The translations under genes and the position numbers were made by a program. From Craspedostauros australis (lineage: Eukaryota), in assembly GCA_030167865.1 (NCBI GenBank), contig JALAGF010001111.1:1-55729 (forward strand): DNA of 55,729 nucleotides. Direction: 5' to 3'. The notes below the pieces were generated by a model. It saw nothing but the letters and a program-made list of their open reading frames with translations, ran no database searches and was not told the origin of the DNA. Below are positions 12,899 through 26,843 of the stretch, piece by piece. Each line of letters begins with the position of its first letter. Position 1 is the stretch's first letter.

Positions 12899-14417
12899 AT
12901 CAAACAAACAAACAAACAAAAGGAAAGGCATCTCTCTCTCTTGAGTAACGGTGGGAGTGCTTTTTCTCTCCAGAAAGAGGAGAAACATGGCAGAGCACTC
13001 GTAGACCACGCCATGGTCTCCGTCTTTGTAACGAGACAGAGACAGAGAGGCACCGACATGGGGATGGAAGACGGTGGAGGCGTCTGGGTGGTTGGAGAAC
13101 CACTGCACTGTACTGCGCCGCACCACCCGGCTCTCTCTTTCTCTCTCGCCCCACGCGCCTGATCCCGCAACGAGGAGCAGTTACGAATACGATCTGCTTT
13201 ACTATGAACATGATCCCGGGATCATCGCCGGACGCTTCAGTGAGACAAGAGATGAAAGGCGAACGACACAGATACGCGGGAATGGGCACGCAGGTATTCT
13301 AACGAACCTCACATCACACACCGTTGCAACTTCAATCACATGCCGCAAGCGACGAGAAAGATGGCGACCAACCAAGAAAGGGACATCGGATACAATACGG
13401 ACAGAGGCCATCAAGGATTCCGCCAATGATCGCAGATCGTGTCAAATTCTTCGATTCACGTTGAGAACAAGAGAGAGGCTGTTGCGAATTCGTGTGTGGA
13501 AGGTGCGCGGAGTTGTGGCGATGGATGGGACGCGCAGATGGTCTTGTAAGTGGGCTAAATAATTCGAAAGCTAACGCACGAAGCGATAGACACGACCCTT
13601 TGGGCGCCCGCAACCAGTCAGTCCGTTCGTCTCACCGCCAAATCTGCGCGAGTGCGTGCGAGGAGGAATGAACGAAGAGGTGACACCGCCAAAAAAGAAC
13701 GCGTGAGAGTTCTTGCCTTGGCTGACACCATCCAAACGTTGCGCGAGTTTTGTCTCGTGGTAGAAGTGTGTGCGTGAAGACTGAACTAAAACAAATCTCG
13801 CGGTCAAAGGAACGGTCTTGACGGAAGCTGGATGAAACCTGAATGAAGGTCGGAGGAGATGAAGGAGGATTGAAACGTCAACACCCACCCACACCAACAA
13901 GAGCGACGGCATCAGGCACTCTTGCACAGCGACTGCCATCAATCGTAGAGGAGCATCGTCATCATCATCAATAAGAACAAAGACTGCAACAGCAAGAACA
14001 ACAGCATCACAGCCACCGTTGTCGTCATCAAAGCGAAGCGAAGGGGCCATCGATTTGAATCTCCCCATTGTCGTCTTCATTGTCATCTTCTGCATCATCA
14101 GAATCGGCAAGAAACGAGATCTTCACAACAACAGACGTCGGCCAAGATCAGCCACAATCCAGCATCAGAATCCAGCAAGAAAGCTCCACTGTCGTTGCAT
14201 CCGTCTTCATTTCGTTGTCATCTCCGGAGAGTCACTCAACTCCACTCCACTCCACAACAATCGATAGTCCACAGTCCACAGCCAATAGGCACACAGCCAT
14301 AGCCATAGCCATAACCACAAGAATCACCTCCACATCAGTTCCCCACCATCTCAACGCAACTCAAATCCAACTGAACACAGCCCAAGACGGCCCACCGCAG
14401 CAAGTTAGACAACCACA

Positions 14418-16614
14418 ATGGACTCGCTGCACTGCATCATCTGCGTCGAACAGTTCGATCTGAAGGAGCGACAGCCGGTCGTGCTGCCCTGCGGACACAC
14501 CTACGTGTGCATCATCTGCGCCAAGAAGATCCGACGATGCATGGAGTGCAGAGAGCCGTTGTACTGGAAGCCACCGCAACCGCCGCAGAACTCGAATCCG
14601 CGCTATGGGCGGTACTCTGCGGCACCGCAAACCCCACCGCATCCCTCGTATCTGCGCGGACAGCCGAATGCGCAGCAGCAAGAGCAGATTCCTCTGCCGC
14701 TGCCCAAGAATCTGGTGCTCATGGAGATGATCGAAGATGCGCAGAGGAAAGAAAAGCAGCTGCGCAGACTCAAGGAGGCCAGCGAGGACTCCAGCGCTGG
14801 ATTGGATGTCATGGAGAGTCAGGATGACAGCGAGAACGACAGCGTCAGTGATGGCAACGCGGAAGATGTGTGGGACTCCACCATGTGCCATGCCTGCGGA
14901 ACTTACTCCGTCAAGGAAATCAAGGGACTGGTGGTGCTGCCGTTCGATCCCAACCGTTCTCATCACGGATCCAGCGATGCCGAGGAAGACAACCTCAGTC
15001 TGACGCACAGCAACTCGATCCTGGATGGCGCGGACCTCGAGGGCTGCCATCGCAGAAGCTGGTCGGCATCGGCAGACTTTGATCTCGCCGAAGAGAAGAA
15101 GGTCGAGGTGGAGCTGGACAGCGACAGTCATGACAACTATCCGCTCGAACCGTTCGTGGTGGAGCATGGAAACATGGTGCAGATCGTCGATATCACGGAC
15201 GATGGCGTCTACAAGCTGGCCCGCAACAAAGGCTTCATCGTGGCCAGTGCAGATCAGATTGTCAAAGGTGCGTACTTTCGTTTGGTTTGATTTGATTTCG
15301 ATGGATGGATGAATAGTAGATGTGGAGCTGTCGTCGTCATGTTAATATTCATGCTCTACTGAATCACTCACTCACGCTTTCCAACCTCTCTTCCTGTCAC
15401 ACAACACATGTCACACAACTAATGCTCCGCCACACACACACTACACCACTGGATCATTGAACCATTGAATCACAGTGGGAGCACCACAGGATGCCTCGTG
15501 CAAATTGGAAGGAATGCGCGCAGCGGCACAGGCGGAACAACGGGCCATCCAGAAGAGACTTCAAAAGATGGAAAAGATCTGTCAGAACCTCAAGGAGGAC
15601 ATCAAGCTGGAACAGCAGCAATGCGATGGTGCCAATGTCATCCGAGCGCCTCTGCATGATGAGGACAACGTCAACGATACTCAAAAGCAAGACGCAAGCA
15701 CCGTCGGTACCATCAAGCAGGACAAACCTTCGTCACCCGTGGCAAGCAGCACGCTCACGGCACCGATGACTCCCACAGCACACTCCTGCACGCCTGAGCG
15801 AACCCCAGAGGTCCTGCATCTCTCCTCCAGCTCCTACTCCACGGAGATCGAGATCGGCGGAGCGCCAAGGATGCACAACCACCTGCACTCCCCGGCACAC
15901 TCGTGTCCCATGCCTCTGGACACCACCATCCAACCCTACCTCGATGTCAACCAGAGAGTCGGGCTCCCGGCCTACCGCATCAGCACCGACGACGACCTCT
16001 CAGGTCTGCAGATCGGATTCGGATGCGGAACGTCTCTGTTCGGTGAGAGGCTCCTGGAAGAATCCAGGGGCAACGGTCAGCATGAAGGTAACGAGAACTA
16101 CATGTCCCTGTCCTTCGATGATGGCAGCCTCGCGGAAGACCGCACCCTGCGACCACGCACGGTCAGCGTCGGGACCTACAGCCGGCGCCTCAGCAACGGC
16201 GGCATGTCAAACAGCAGTCAGATCCATCGAATCGGCCCCACCACACCCATCAACCCGGCCCACGTCCTCGGTGAGGATCCAGTCCAGAACTATGCCAACA
16301 ATGCAACCAACCCCAACAGCACACCCATCTCCCTCCAATCCAGCTCCTTCGATGGAGCCGGCGTCAACTGGAGAACGGGCATGAGCGGCCATCGTGGACT
16401 CAGCTCGACCAGGAAGAAGAATGTCAACTCGCCCTCCAACAGACGCAGCGTGCGCTTCATGAGCGTCCATCGTGGCGCCGCCGCTCCGCCGCAGCAGAGA
16501 CCGCACCGTCCACATCATCAGAACCAGCAGCAGCTCTTCCAGTATCACCAATCGCACGTGCAAGGTCCACCATCCATCCGATCCGCAGCTTCCTCCGCTG
16601 CGACCGTCCTTTAA
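14418..16614 (+). CDS. RING-HC (C3HC4) finger protein, putative E3 ligase, paralogue A (2 exons: 14418-15267, 15476-16614; ~662 aa)
   Basis: N-terminal CIIC..PVVLPCGHTYVCIIC..CMECR. Intron GTGCGT..CACAG gives in-frame IVK-V-GAP. A coiled coil and a long disordered tail follow. Confidence 0.85.
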
Positions 16615-17092
16615 TCACAAATTTAAAACCTAACATTTATTACATGCATTGAGATGATGCAAACACAGCGGATGGTCACCGATTTCGGTGACATGGACCG
16701 AAATGCACGGATGGGGCCACGTCCCACAACAGCAGGCGGAAGCATCACACAGCCTCCCGCAATCTTGTACCTCTCCGCGTCGTGTGGTTGGTAGTCCATC
16801 ATGGCGGAAAGCGCAATTATTGCATCCGTTCCTCACTTGTTACGCGCCCACATTTAAGACCCCGCCATTTTGTGATCCTCACTTAAGGCCTCATTGGATA
16901 CACGGACGTTATTCTCTGGTTAATTCGGTTTTTGTACGGAACAAAGCGCACTTGGTTCCAGTCAACACCACGGCAACAAGGGTGGCAGCAGTGGCAGGGA
17001 TGACAGCTCAACTCGGCTCACAACTGAAGCACTGTCAACTCTTGTTTGCTTGCTTGGATGCAAGCCAAAGAGAGACAGCAACAACCATACCT

Positions 17093-17190
17093 GCAATAGC
17101 AATAGCAATAGCAATAGTAGCAACAGCAACAGTAACAACAGTAGCAACAGTAGCCGCAACAGAAAGAGAAGAAGAAGAAGAAGAAGGAAG
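17093..17190 (+). repeat. Low-complexity (GCAATA/GCAACA)n and (GAA)n repeats in the 5' region of RING paralogue B
   Basis: GCAATAGCAATAGCAATA...GCAACAGTA followed by a GAAGAAGAA run immediately before the ATG at 17191. Confidence 0.8.
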
Positions 17191-19080
17191 ATGAGGACAG
17201 GATCCAAGCAACCGTTCTCGTTCCATTGCACCATCTGCTATGAGATCTTCGACCCGGCCAAGCGGCCTCCGGTGGTGCTGCCCTGCGGCCACACCTACCT
17301 CTGCTCGGACTGCTCCTGCCGCCTCGACAAATGCATGGAGTGCCGCACGCCGCTCAGCATCAAGGTGGCCAGCCAGGAGGCCGCCGCCCAGCAGCAACAG
17401 CAGCAGCAACAGCAGCCCGTCGACGACTTCAGCTGGGGCGCCATCCGCGCGGCCAGACAGCGCAAGCAGCGGCAGCAGCGCATGAACAGGTACGGCGTCG
17501 CCGCATCGCCGCGCGCGGATGGCATGGAGACGTCGCAGTCGTCGTCTCCCACGGCGCATCCCGCCGCATCGGCGTCCGCTGCGGGACAGTCGTCCATCAA
17601 CCTCCCCACGCCCAAGAACCTGGTGCTGCTCACCCTCATGGAATCCGCGCAAGCGAAGCTCAAGCAAGCGGAGCAGAAGGAACTGCAGAGCGGCTACGAG
17701 AGCGGCAACGATGATGACATGGTGGACCACAGCATCCGTCTGGCCTCCAACACGTCGGGCACCTACGTTGTCAAGCGTCACGAAGGTCTGCTCGTGTACG
17801 ACATCCCTGAAGCCAAGCGAGCGGGATCGCGCGCACGAGCTTCCGAAGCGGCGGCTGTTGCAACAACGAAGCCCATATACAATCTCTCTTACAGCCAGAA
17901 TGTGCAGATCTCTTACATGACCAAGAACTTTGCATACGTTGCGTACCAAGGGGGGTACATTCCTCTCGAGTCCAAAGAGGATCTCATCAAAGGTACGTAC
18001 AACACGAGTTTGTCAACGTGCATCTAGGTGTACCTGCTTGTACCTGCGTTGACCTGCGTTCGCATATGGTTTGTGGCATGTGCTTGTTGTGTGTACATGT
18101 GCTTTGTGATATGTGCTTCTTGTATGCCATTTCAACCCAACTCAACATCCGTGCTGCCCCTCTACTCTATTCTATTGTCAAACGTCTACTCGTACTCAGT
18201 CGGACCACCAACCGAACACGTCACGAGCATGGAGGGAGCACGGGAGGATATCAAAAAGCAGATGGAGGATCTACAGCAAAAGATGCGCCTCCTGCACATG
18301 CGTGATCAGGTGCTTGCGGAGTCCATAATGGAGGTTGCAGATCAGCACATCGACAACGAAACCCTCATGAACCCTTTCGGTCCGGAACCAGACGAGGTCA
18401 ACATGCTGCAGACAGCGGATCGCGTGGAAGGAATCAAGCAGGAGCGATTGCAGCAAGAGTTTGAGGAGAAGAAAATAGCAGAAGAGGAACTGCTGCGACA
18501 GCAACACCAAGATCGTCAACGATTCTGTATGCCCGACGACGGGCGAAAGCCACCAGCCACGCCCCAGGGATACCGCAGCGCACCCACCACGCCTGCCTCC
18601 ACACGCAGCAACACCAGCTCGCCCGCCAGCATCGGAGCGGGACCGTCCGCCCAAGCCTACGGATCCCTCTCCTTCGATGACCGCGCCTACCACGACGTGG
18701 ACAACGACAGCCGCGATAACGACTCGGCCAGATCGCTGGGCGACATCGAACACGCCTACCTCAAACCATGGCACATAGCCAATGCGGACGAGGACAACCT
18801 GCAGGGCACGTTCTTTTGCGCAGCGGCCGACATGCTGCCCACCATGTTCGGCGGATCCAAGCAATCGAGGGACAAGAAGCAGGAGCAGCAGCACACCAGG
18901 GCCGTCAGGTATCCCGCGGTCGCCAGAGAATTGCAGCACCAGCATCTGCCCTCCCACTTTGCCGATGACAGGAGCATCGTCAGCAACACGTCCCACGTCG
19001 ATTTCCGTACCGGCTTCTCGCATCATGCCGGTCTCAACGTGGCGCACAGGAGGAAGTTGGGCGGCAGTCCGTGGAAATGA
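17191..19080 (+). CDS. RING-HC (C3HC4) finger protein, putative E3 ligase, paralogue B (2 exons: 17191-17992, 18200-19080; ~560 aa)
   Basis: CTIC..PPVVLPCGHTYLCSDC..CMECR. Intron GTACGT..CTCAG gives in-frame LIK-V-GPP, at the same position as in paralogue A. Confidence 0.85.
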
Positions 19081-19467
19081 AGAAAACGGATGCAACTATG
19101 GAGCGTGCGTACCTGTATGCATGGTGCCAATTCTCTCTATGATAACTGTGAACGAGTGTAGTTTTTCATTTTTGTACAAGCATGTTGCACTAGTATCTAT
19201 TGTATTATTAGGTATATTCCGATTCTGTTATTGATACAGAGGATATGTGTGGTACGCCGAGTGTGGATGTGGTGTGGGGTGTGGGGTGTGGATGCGCAAA
19301 GAAGATGATTGTTAACCTCCTTGGATGAAGCGCGTAGGCGCAATCGCCCACAGTTGTCAATTGTGGGAAGAGAAGAGAACCGTTTTAGCTCCAATCCACG
19401 ATTCTCCATCCAATGCCCAGTACAAACAACAACAACAACTTCAACAACAACGACTTCAACACCACCA

Positions 19468-20640
19468 ATGCATAATATGTACACCATGCACACAATCACA
19501 TCGGCCGACGACTGGAAGTACTTTGCTGAGGGCGGCAAGCATGTCCTCTTTGTCTGCACATCGCAGCAGCATCCGCACTTCGCTGGCAAACTGCTGCGCA
19601 TCGCCAAAGGCACCCACCAAGCCACCGTGACTTCGCAGCAATACATCCAACAATGCATCCTCCCGACCATCGGTGCAGAGTACCTCGACACGCCCACGAT
19701 GGTGCGCATCGATCCCGACTGTCTATCGCAGCTGCAACGGCATGCCATCGAACACACGACGCGCGACAAGGACAAGATCGTGTTGCAGCAAGACCACGCA
19801 TGGCTTTGGACGAACTATCGCAGAAACATGACGATCGAGTTGAAGCCAAAGGCCGGGTATCTTGCCTTTGCGCCGTTCGTCCAATATCCCATCAAGTACA
19901 AGGCGAGCCGCTTTGCGCTGTTGCAACGATTGTGTCAGCAGAACCATCTCGTCAAAGGGTGGCAGTCCTGCGCGGATTTTGAGGTCAGCCAGTACGATCC
20001 CATCGCCACCTTTCGAGATGCGTCCTGCGATCTGCAAGGTCTCTTCCGCACGCCGCAAAACAATTTGAGGATATGGCCGTCGTCTTCGTGCAACGGCAAT
20101 GCGGAACAGCTGTTGTCTCAGATCCTGAAGAAGGAGCATGGACTGTTGCAACGCATATTGCGATTGCAAAAGCTGGATATCATCGATGCCGACGGAGCCG
20201 TGTTGCTGTACGATGAACTCGTCCAACGACATTGCAATGGGGATCGAATCCGGGCAGAACAGCTCATCGACGATCTCAATCCGCACGGTGACAACGACCA
20301 TGCTGCAGTCACATCGATTCCATTGCTGCAGCATTCTCCTTTCCCACTTCCAACGCAACATGAGACGATACGAATGTACTGCCAACTCATCGATGAGCCA
20401 TCGGCAAGTCAAGATCAGGCCATGGCGTTGATTCCACAATTCACGCAAGATGAAATCGTGTACCTGTTGCAGAATTGGTTGCTGTCTCTCACCATGTGCG
20501 ATGTCAGCATCTTGATGTCCATCCGCGATGCTGACGACTATGACATCGTCGTGATGGATTGCGATCCGAAACCTGCCAGCAAGTTGCGCACGCGAGGTCA
20601 GCGTGAGGCGTTGTTCGGGTTATTGGAAGCGGACGGGTGA
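19468..20640 (+). CDS. IPK1: Inositol-pentakisphosphate 2-kinase (start codon uncertain among nearby ATGs)
   Basis: IPK1 boxes: WKYFAEGGKHVLF, IELKPKAG, PQNNLRIW, LLSLTMCDVSILMS, VMDCDPKP. Confidence 0.85.
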   Translation: MHNMYTMHTITSADDWKYFAEGGKHVLFVCTSQQHPHFAGKLLRIAKGTHQATVTSQQYIQQCILPTIGAEYLDTPTMVRIDPDCLSQLQRHAIEHTTRDKDKIVLQQDHAWLWTNYRRNMTIELKPKAGYLAFAPFVQYPIKYKASRFALLQRLCQQNHLVKGWQSCADFEVSQYDPIATFRDASCDLQGLFRTPQNNLRIWPSSSCNGNAEQLLSQILKKEHGLLQRILRLQKLDIIDADGAVLLYDELVQRHCNGDRIRAEQLIDDLNPHGDNDHAAVTSIPLLQHSPFPLPTQHETIRMYCQLIDEPSASQDQAMALIPQFTQDEIVYLLQNWLLSLTMCDVSILMSIRDADDYDIVVMDCDPKPASKLRTRGQREALFGLLEADG

Positions 20641-20925
20641 TGCAGGTGGTGGAGCGAGAGTTGGTCCGCCCATGGAGTGTCAATGTGAAGGATCTTTCTG
20701 ATGATTTGATAGAGGATGTGCATACTGCGAGTAAATACAATTGTGCGCTTTAAAGTAGAGTGGAGTCTTGGCACACGTACACGCAAGATCGCCTTCCTCA
20801 TTCTACAGACAGTTGCTACCTCCATCGGTATCCTTGTTGCTCTCATCACTGATACATACTTCATGTATGCTTGCGCCTGTGCTTGCACTAACACTTACGC
20901 TTGTGTTTACGTATATTAATGTGCA

Positions 20926-23900
20926 CTAGTCAAATGCCAGTTTCAGCTTCACGTTCATCGCTCCCAATTCGTTGACCAGATAACGGAAGACGTACGGCAG
21001 GATGATCGGTTCCACGCTCTCATCGTTCGCGGTCTCGCTCTTCAGCGTCTTCTGGCATTCGGGATTGCGACAGAACAATCGAAGCTTGGCCTTGTGCATG
21101 GCCTCGCTTGCGCTCTGTCCGGCCGACAGCACCGTGCTGCGTTCTGTGGTCGGCAGCAGCAGATCGCCGCATCTCGTGCATGCGTAGGCGGTGTGCTTGT
21201 CACTGCAGTTCAGCAGACGATCCTGGAGGAGGAAGGCAGTGCCGTGACTCAATAGACTGTCACGTTCCATCTCTCCCAGACGGATACCGCCACCTTTCTT
21301 TCTTCCCTTGATCGGTTGGCGCGTCAGCGGGTTCACGGGACCCGTGGCACGCACCTGGTACTTGTCGGACACCATGTGACGCAGACGTTGGTAGAACACG
21401 CACCCGATGTACAGATCGGCGTGCATCAGGCAACCGGACACGCCGCTGTACAATGGTTCGCTTCCGTAGTAGTTGTAACCGGCGGCTTGCAGCTGTTCGC
21501 CGAAGTAATCGACGGCGATCTTGTCGCCGGATTCGTGGAACTGGAAAGGCGTGGCGTCCTGGAAGATGCCGTGCATGGCGCCGGACTTGCCTGCCATGCT
21601 CTCCACCAGCATGCCGATCGTCATACGGCTGGGGAATGCGTGCGGGTTGATGATGACGTCCGGCGAGATGCCGCTCTCGCTGAACGGCATGTCCTCCTGC
21701 GGCCACAGGATGCTCAGCACACCCTTCTGTCCATGACGGCTGGAGAACTTGTCACCGATGACTGGGTTACGGTTGAAGCGCAGCGTGATGGATGCCACGT
21801 TCTCCGCCTCGTTGCCACTGTCGGGACCAATCATGCGAGCTGCCTGGATGTAGGCCGGCTCCTTCTCCTTGTGGACGCCAACCTTGTCGCGGCCGTCGGT
21901 TGGGTTGATGACGCAGTAGAGCGGATCACCCTTCTGAACGACGGAACCGACGCGGGGGAGACCGTCGCATTCCAGGTTCTTGTACTTGAACTGGTTGTTG
22001 GGATCCAGCTTGTTCGAGAACTTGAGCTTGGGTCTGTCCGCTGATCCAGCCGCCGAGGCCATCTTGGCCTCCTCCGCGAGTCGCACGGTCATGGTCTTGA
22101 ACACGCTGGCGTGACCAAAGCCTCTTTCGCACGAGCTCTTGTTGATGATGACGGAGTCCTCCATATCGAACCCGGTGTAACTCAGCACGGCCACAACGGC
22201 GTTACAGCCATTGGGATATTCGTCCATCTTGAATTCGCCATGGATCTTCGTTTGAACGATGGGCGCTTGTGGATTCTGCAACTTGTAGAGCTTGTTGTCC
22301 GTGCGGTATCCCAAGGAATGCAGGGGCGTTCCCATGGTCTGCTTTCCCATCTGGCACTGGTACATATTCCTTGGCGACTGATTCTGATCAGAGAATGGCG
22401 TCAGGTTGGCGATGAGACTGAGCATGTTCGTCGGTTTGAGTTCCTGATGCGTGGTGATACCCTCTCGCACGTCCGCATCAAGACAGGCGATGTCCATGAA
22501 GGCCTGTTCCATCGGACCGATCATTTCGATCTTGCCGCTGGCACGCTGCAGAGTCGGTCGCACCAACCGCGCGGCTCCGGTGAAGAGGTACAGACCGGGG
22601 AATGGCGAACCCGGTTGCCCGGCTGGGATCATCGCGATCTCCAGGGTGGGCGCCACCTTTGGCGAATCCTCGACCTTCAGTTGCCTCAGCCGGTTCGAAA
22701 TCTTTCGACAATCCGCAGGACTGGCGCTGCCCAGGACGCGACCATCGAGGCAGACGGGGAACTGGGTGTGGCTGGAGTAGGCTCGACCTTCCTCGGTCGT
22801 GCCTCCTGCACCGACGGGGACGACGCCCATCGAAATCAGAAGCTTGTTCAGATCCTCCATGCCATCACCACCCTTTTTGGCCGGGTGCGTCATGAGATGA
22901 CATTTGAGGGACAAGTGACTCAGCAAACCACAAGGACCGCCATCGGGCGTGTGGACGGGGCAGAGGAATCCCCACTGATCCGGCAGGAGCTTGCGCACCG
23001 CCGTGGTCTTCATCTCCATGAAGAACTGCCCACGATGCACAGATCGGAAATGCGCGCAATATCGCAAGAAGTTCAACTTCTCCGCAACGATGGTGTATCC
23101 GGACACCTGCATGAGATCGAGACCTGTTGACGAGATAATGTTCCCCGTGGAAAGGAAGTGGGCGAACTTCCTGCCGACGCCACCTCCAGATATGCCGGAG
23201 TAGCGATCGAACAGCTTGCCCCAAAAGTGGACGTCTTCGACTCGGGACACGAAGCGCGGGTAGTCCTTGCGCATCTCCGTGATGATGCCCATGCGCACTG
23301 CCTGGAGCATCTCGTCGAACTTCTCCTTGACGAAGGAGCACGCCAAATGGCCCGGCATGAGGATTTCTTGATTTTGCAAGGAGTCGGAGTTGTCGATGCC
23401 GCAATCACCTGCGGCGAAGGAGTAGAGCTTGCGGATGAGGAGGATGAGGCATTCGAGCTTGTCACGGTAGTCCGGGACATGAATGAGGACGTAGCGCCGC
23501 AGCATGTAGTGACCAATCTCGACGTCGGACGTTGTTTCGGCCTTCTGACTGAGGCGGCGGAATCTGGCCCCGATGTACTCCAGGCATTCGTTGGGTGTGT
23601 TGAGGTTGGGATGGCGCGCTGCAGCATCCTGAAGCAGCAGCTCTCCACGCGCCCTGAGGAATGTGTTGCTGTCGTTGCCTTGGACGATGCGTCTGTAGAG
23701 CTCTTCGTCGGTGATTCCCATGGAGGTCTCCGTGTCTTGTCTGTCGGCCTCCATTCCGCTGAGTGCGCGCACGATGAGGATGGCGGGGATGAGGAATTCC
23801 TGTTTGCGCGCGACGAATTTGAAGCTGGCTCCGCCGTTGGTGAGGTAGTGGACCGTGTTGGTGATACTTGTCTGGTCGCCATTGTGTCTGGCGCAGCGGA

Positions 23901-25014
23901 TGGCAACTCCGAGATCGGTGTACGTCAGACCGCGGTTTTTGTAGTTGGAACGCTGAATGGCTGTGGCATGATTTCTGCGGGGGATTTGGAGCATACGAAC
24001 GCATCGTTCGATACCGTTGACGATGAAGTATCCGCCAAATTCGCTCGTCTGAGGGTTCACATGTGTTTGGTCGAAAGCCACAATGGACGTGTGCATGTAG
24101 TTTGAAGTCAAATATTGTACGAGTATTCCATGAGTCGATGTTGTGGGCGGTGTTGCTTTTTGCTGCAGATCACAAGATCAAAAGAAGAAGATCAACACCA
24201 AATCTTCGATCGGGCGCAGATAAAAATGCCGTCTGAATACTCGTACTTGGATGATTCGGCAGTATCATGTAGAGCATTGTGGTATGATGGTATGTCGAAG
24301 TGGTATTCCGCCATGCTCGTATCATGTCACATCCTGCCATGCTGCATGTGCTAGTACCATGTAATGTATTGCAGGTGCGCACGCATGATATCCATCCATC
24401 CATCCATCCATCCATGCATGCATGCATCTATCTCAGCCACAACTCACCTCTTCGTGAAGCTTGACCAACTCGGGCGGGTTCATGCCATGCAAATGGCAAG
24501 CCTTGCTCATGACCATGATAGGCAACGGACCGAAATTCCTCTCCAGCTTATTGACTCGACTCTCGATTTCCACGCCATTCCGCCGCTGCACGATCTGATA
24601 ACAAAAGCGGCCCAGGATGTTGCCAGAGTACATCAACCCGCGCTCGCGAGATTCGCGTGGAATGAGCTGGTTGGTCCTGCCGCACGACGACGGCTTGACG
24701 GGCTTGTGGACCTTGACGTCCTCGATCCAGAATCGGATCGTCGGCGTCTCATCCCAATTGATGGACTTGCGCTCCTCCTCATCGCGCAGGACGTTGGGGT
24801 CGATGAGATCGATCTCGGCTGGTTCCAGATCCTTGACGCCGCGCGTGATGCCCGTCTCGAGGAAGTAATTGAAGGATTCCACGTGGGGTGCTGTCAACGT
24901 GCGCAGCCGGTCGACATCTTCGGTGCTGGGGAGGTGGCCGCGTCGGAAGGAAGGGCAGGTCTCCTTCAGGTCTGTCTTGGATTCACCCCTGAATTCGCTC
25001 TTGACCTTCGTCAT
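20926..25014 (-). CDS. RPA2: DNA-directed RNA polymerase I second-largest subunit (2 exons: 25014-24448, 24048-20926; ~1229 aa)
   Basis: PHVESFNYF, GGYFIVNGIE, HFRSVHRGQFF, KTTAVRKLLP, CPVHTPDGGPCGL, QSPRNMYQCQMGKQTMG, GDKFSSRHGQKG, QRLRHMVSDKYQVR, GGIRLGEMERD (Pol I-type variants). 399-nt GTGAGT..CTCAG intron joins LHEE|TSEFGGYF. Confidence 0.96.
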
Positions 25015-25789
25015 CGTGCTGGTGCTCGATTCGGTGTGGAGTATGCGTGATTGCTGCGTACGACCTATTGCTCTATTCAGTTCTCCTTGATTCACAAACA
25101 ATCGAACATCCACACATCCATTGATTGATCGATTGATCGATTGAATTGCCACCGATGATTTGCTTCTGTGTGTGTATGGGTGGGTTGGTGCAAAAGCTTC
25201 TTGGCGTTCTCTTCCCTCACATGGATCAGTTCTTCATCCAGAGCAAGGCAGTCTCTGGAGATGCAGGTGATGGTGATCACATCAGGGTGGCCATTTCGGT
25301 GTTGTTGCGCCCATCATCTTTCTCCTGTTGGCATTTGGGGAACGAGTTTTGTGATGGCAGATTTCGTTGGTTTTGGGATCTGTGCCGAACGCCGTCCAGA
25401 CAGTGGGATTTTATGATCACCTCGATCAAAAGTGTGCTAGATCACGAGTACCTCCGTCACAAGACCGGAATACGCTCGCGATCTTTCGCTGTTTGGCTTC
25501 AACAAAACTGGAAGGAACCAGCAGACGTCACAGCATGTCGCGATGTGTGAGCATTTTTGTTGGTGCGTTGTGCCATGACACGATGCAGCGTGGCGACTTG
25601 GGTTTCGTGTTGGGCTTTTCCGTCGTTGTTGTGGCGTTGTTGGTCTTTCTGTGTCTCTGTGTGTCTCTCCCGAGTGCTTGTTCCTTCTCCTGTGTGCTGG
25701 GGAACAAGAGAGAGAGCATCGACACCAGCGACAACGATCGATCCAGCCATCAACCTCGATAACCCAACAAACCAAAGAAACGATCAACC

Positions 25790-26843
25790 ATGATGAAGCT
25801 TGCTGTCCTCGCCTCCCTTATCGGTGCCGCCGCCGCCTTCGCTCCAGCCAACACTGGAGGTGAGTTTGCTTCATGCTGTTTCGTGGCATCTTGCCTTGCC
25901 TTGCCTTGCCTTGTATTGCCTTCGACTTGGTGTGGATGTTGGTGCCTTGCTCACGGTGGATGATCCATGGTGCGCGTGCTGCGTTGCTCTATCCGCGCGC
26001 AACGGTACACTCACACAGCGTTGTGCCGCACTTCGTCCCATCTTGTTTCACCACCATCGTCTTCAATGGCGACATTGACAATCACGTCGTCGACACTGAC
26101 ATGAACAGCCTCCAAGGCCACCACCGCCTTGAACGTTGAGAAGAGCCCAGCCGTTCCATTCCTTCCATACCCAGAGAACTTGAGAGGATACGTCGGCGAT
26201 GACATCGGTTTCGACCCACTCGGCATCTCCAACTACATCTCGGTGGACTACCTCCGCGAGTCCGAATTGAAGTGAGTTGCTCTGCTCCATGGATGTGAAT
26301 GTGAATGTCGTGCATCGTTGTGTTGCGTTTTGTTGCGTATCCAGTGATGTGAATTGGATCCGCCTGCAGATGTTGCTGCACATCACAACATTGGAGTCGC
26401 CACTCACAAATTCCCATCTCATACCATTCTGCAAATACCACATCACCAACAATATCAGGCACGGACGCATCTGCATGCTCGCCATCGTCGGATACGCCAT
26501 CGTCGATGCCGGAGTCGTCGTCCACCCACTCGGACAGGGACTTTCCTCCGCTGCCGCCCACACGGCCATGGTCGAGAATGGTGTCTTGGGAAATATGCTT
26601 GTCTGGATCGGTGCCTTTGAGATGGTCTCGTGGTTCGCCATCGCCGAGATGCGACAGGGATCCGGACGTGAGCCAGGTGACTTCGGCTTCGACCCACTGA
26701 ACTTCACCAAGAACAAGACCGAGGAACAGATCAACAAGCTCAAGTACCAGGAACTCAAGAACGGACGTCTGGCAATGATGGCCTTCGGAGGTGCCGTCAC
26801 CCAGTCCGTGCTTTACGATACTGGCTTCCCATACACAAACTAA
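25790..26843 (+). CDS. Light-harvesting fucoxanthin-chlorophyll a/c protein, Lhcr-type (3 exons: 25790-25859, 26109-26271, 26459-26843; ~205 aa)
   Basis: [19 protein letters not shown] presequence. LHC motifs [43 protein letters not shown]. Both introns are GTGAGT..CAG. Confidence 0.95.

Noticed and set aside
17050..17190. N-terminal extension of RING B (NSNSNS..RRRRR) in the ORF track
   Set aside because: It starts at a non-ATG codon and consists of microsatellite sequence. The ATG at 17191 aligns with the start of paralogue A.
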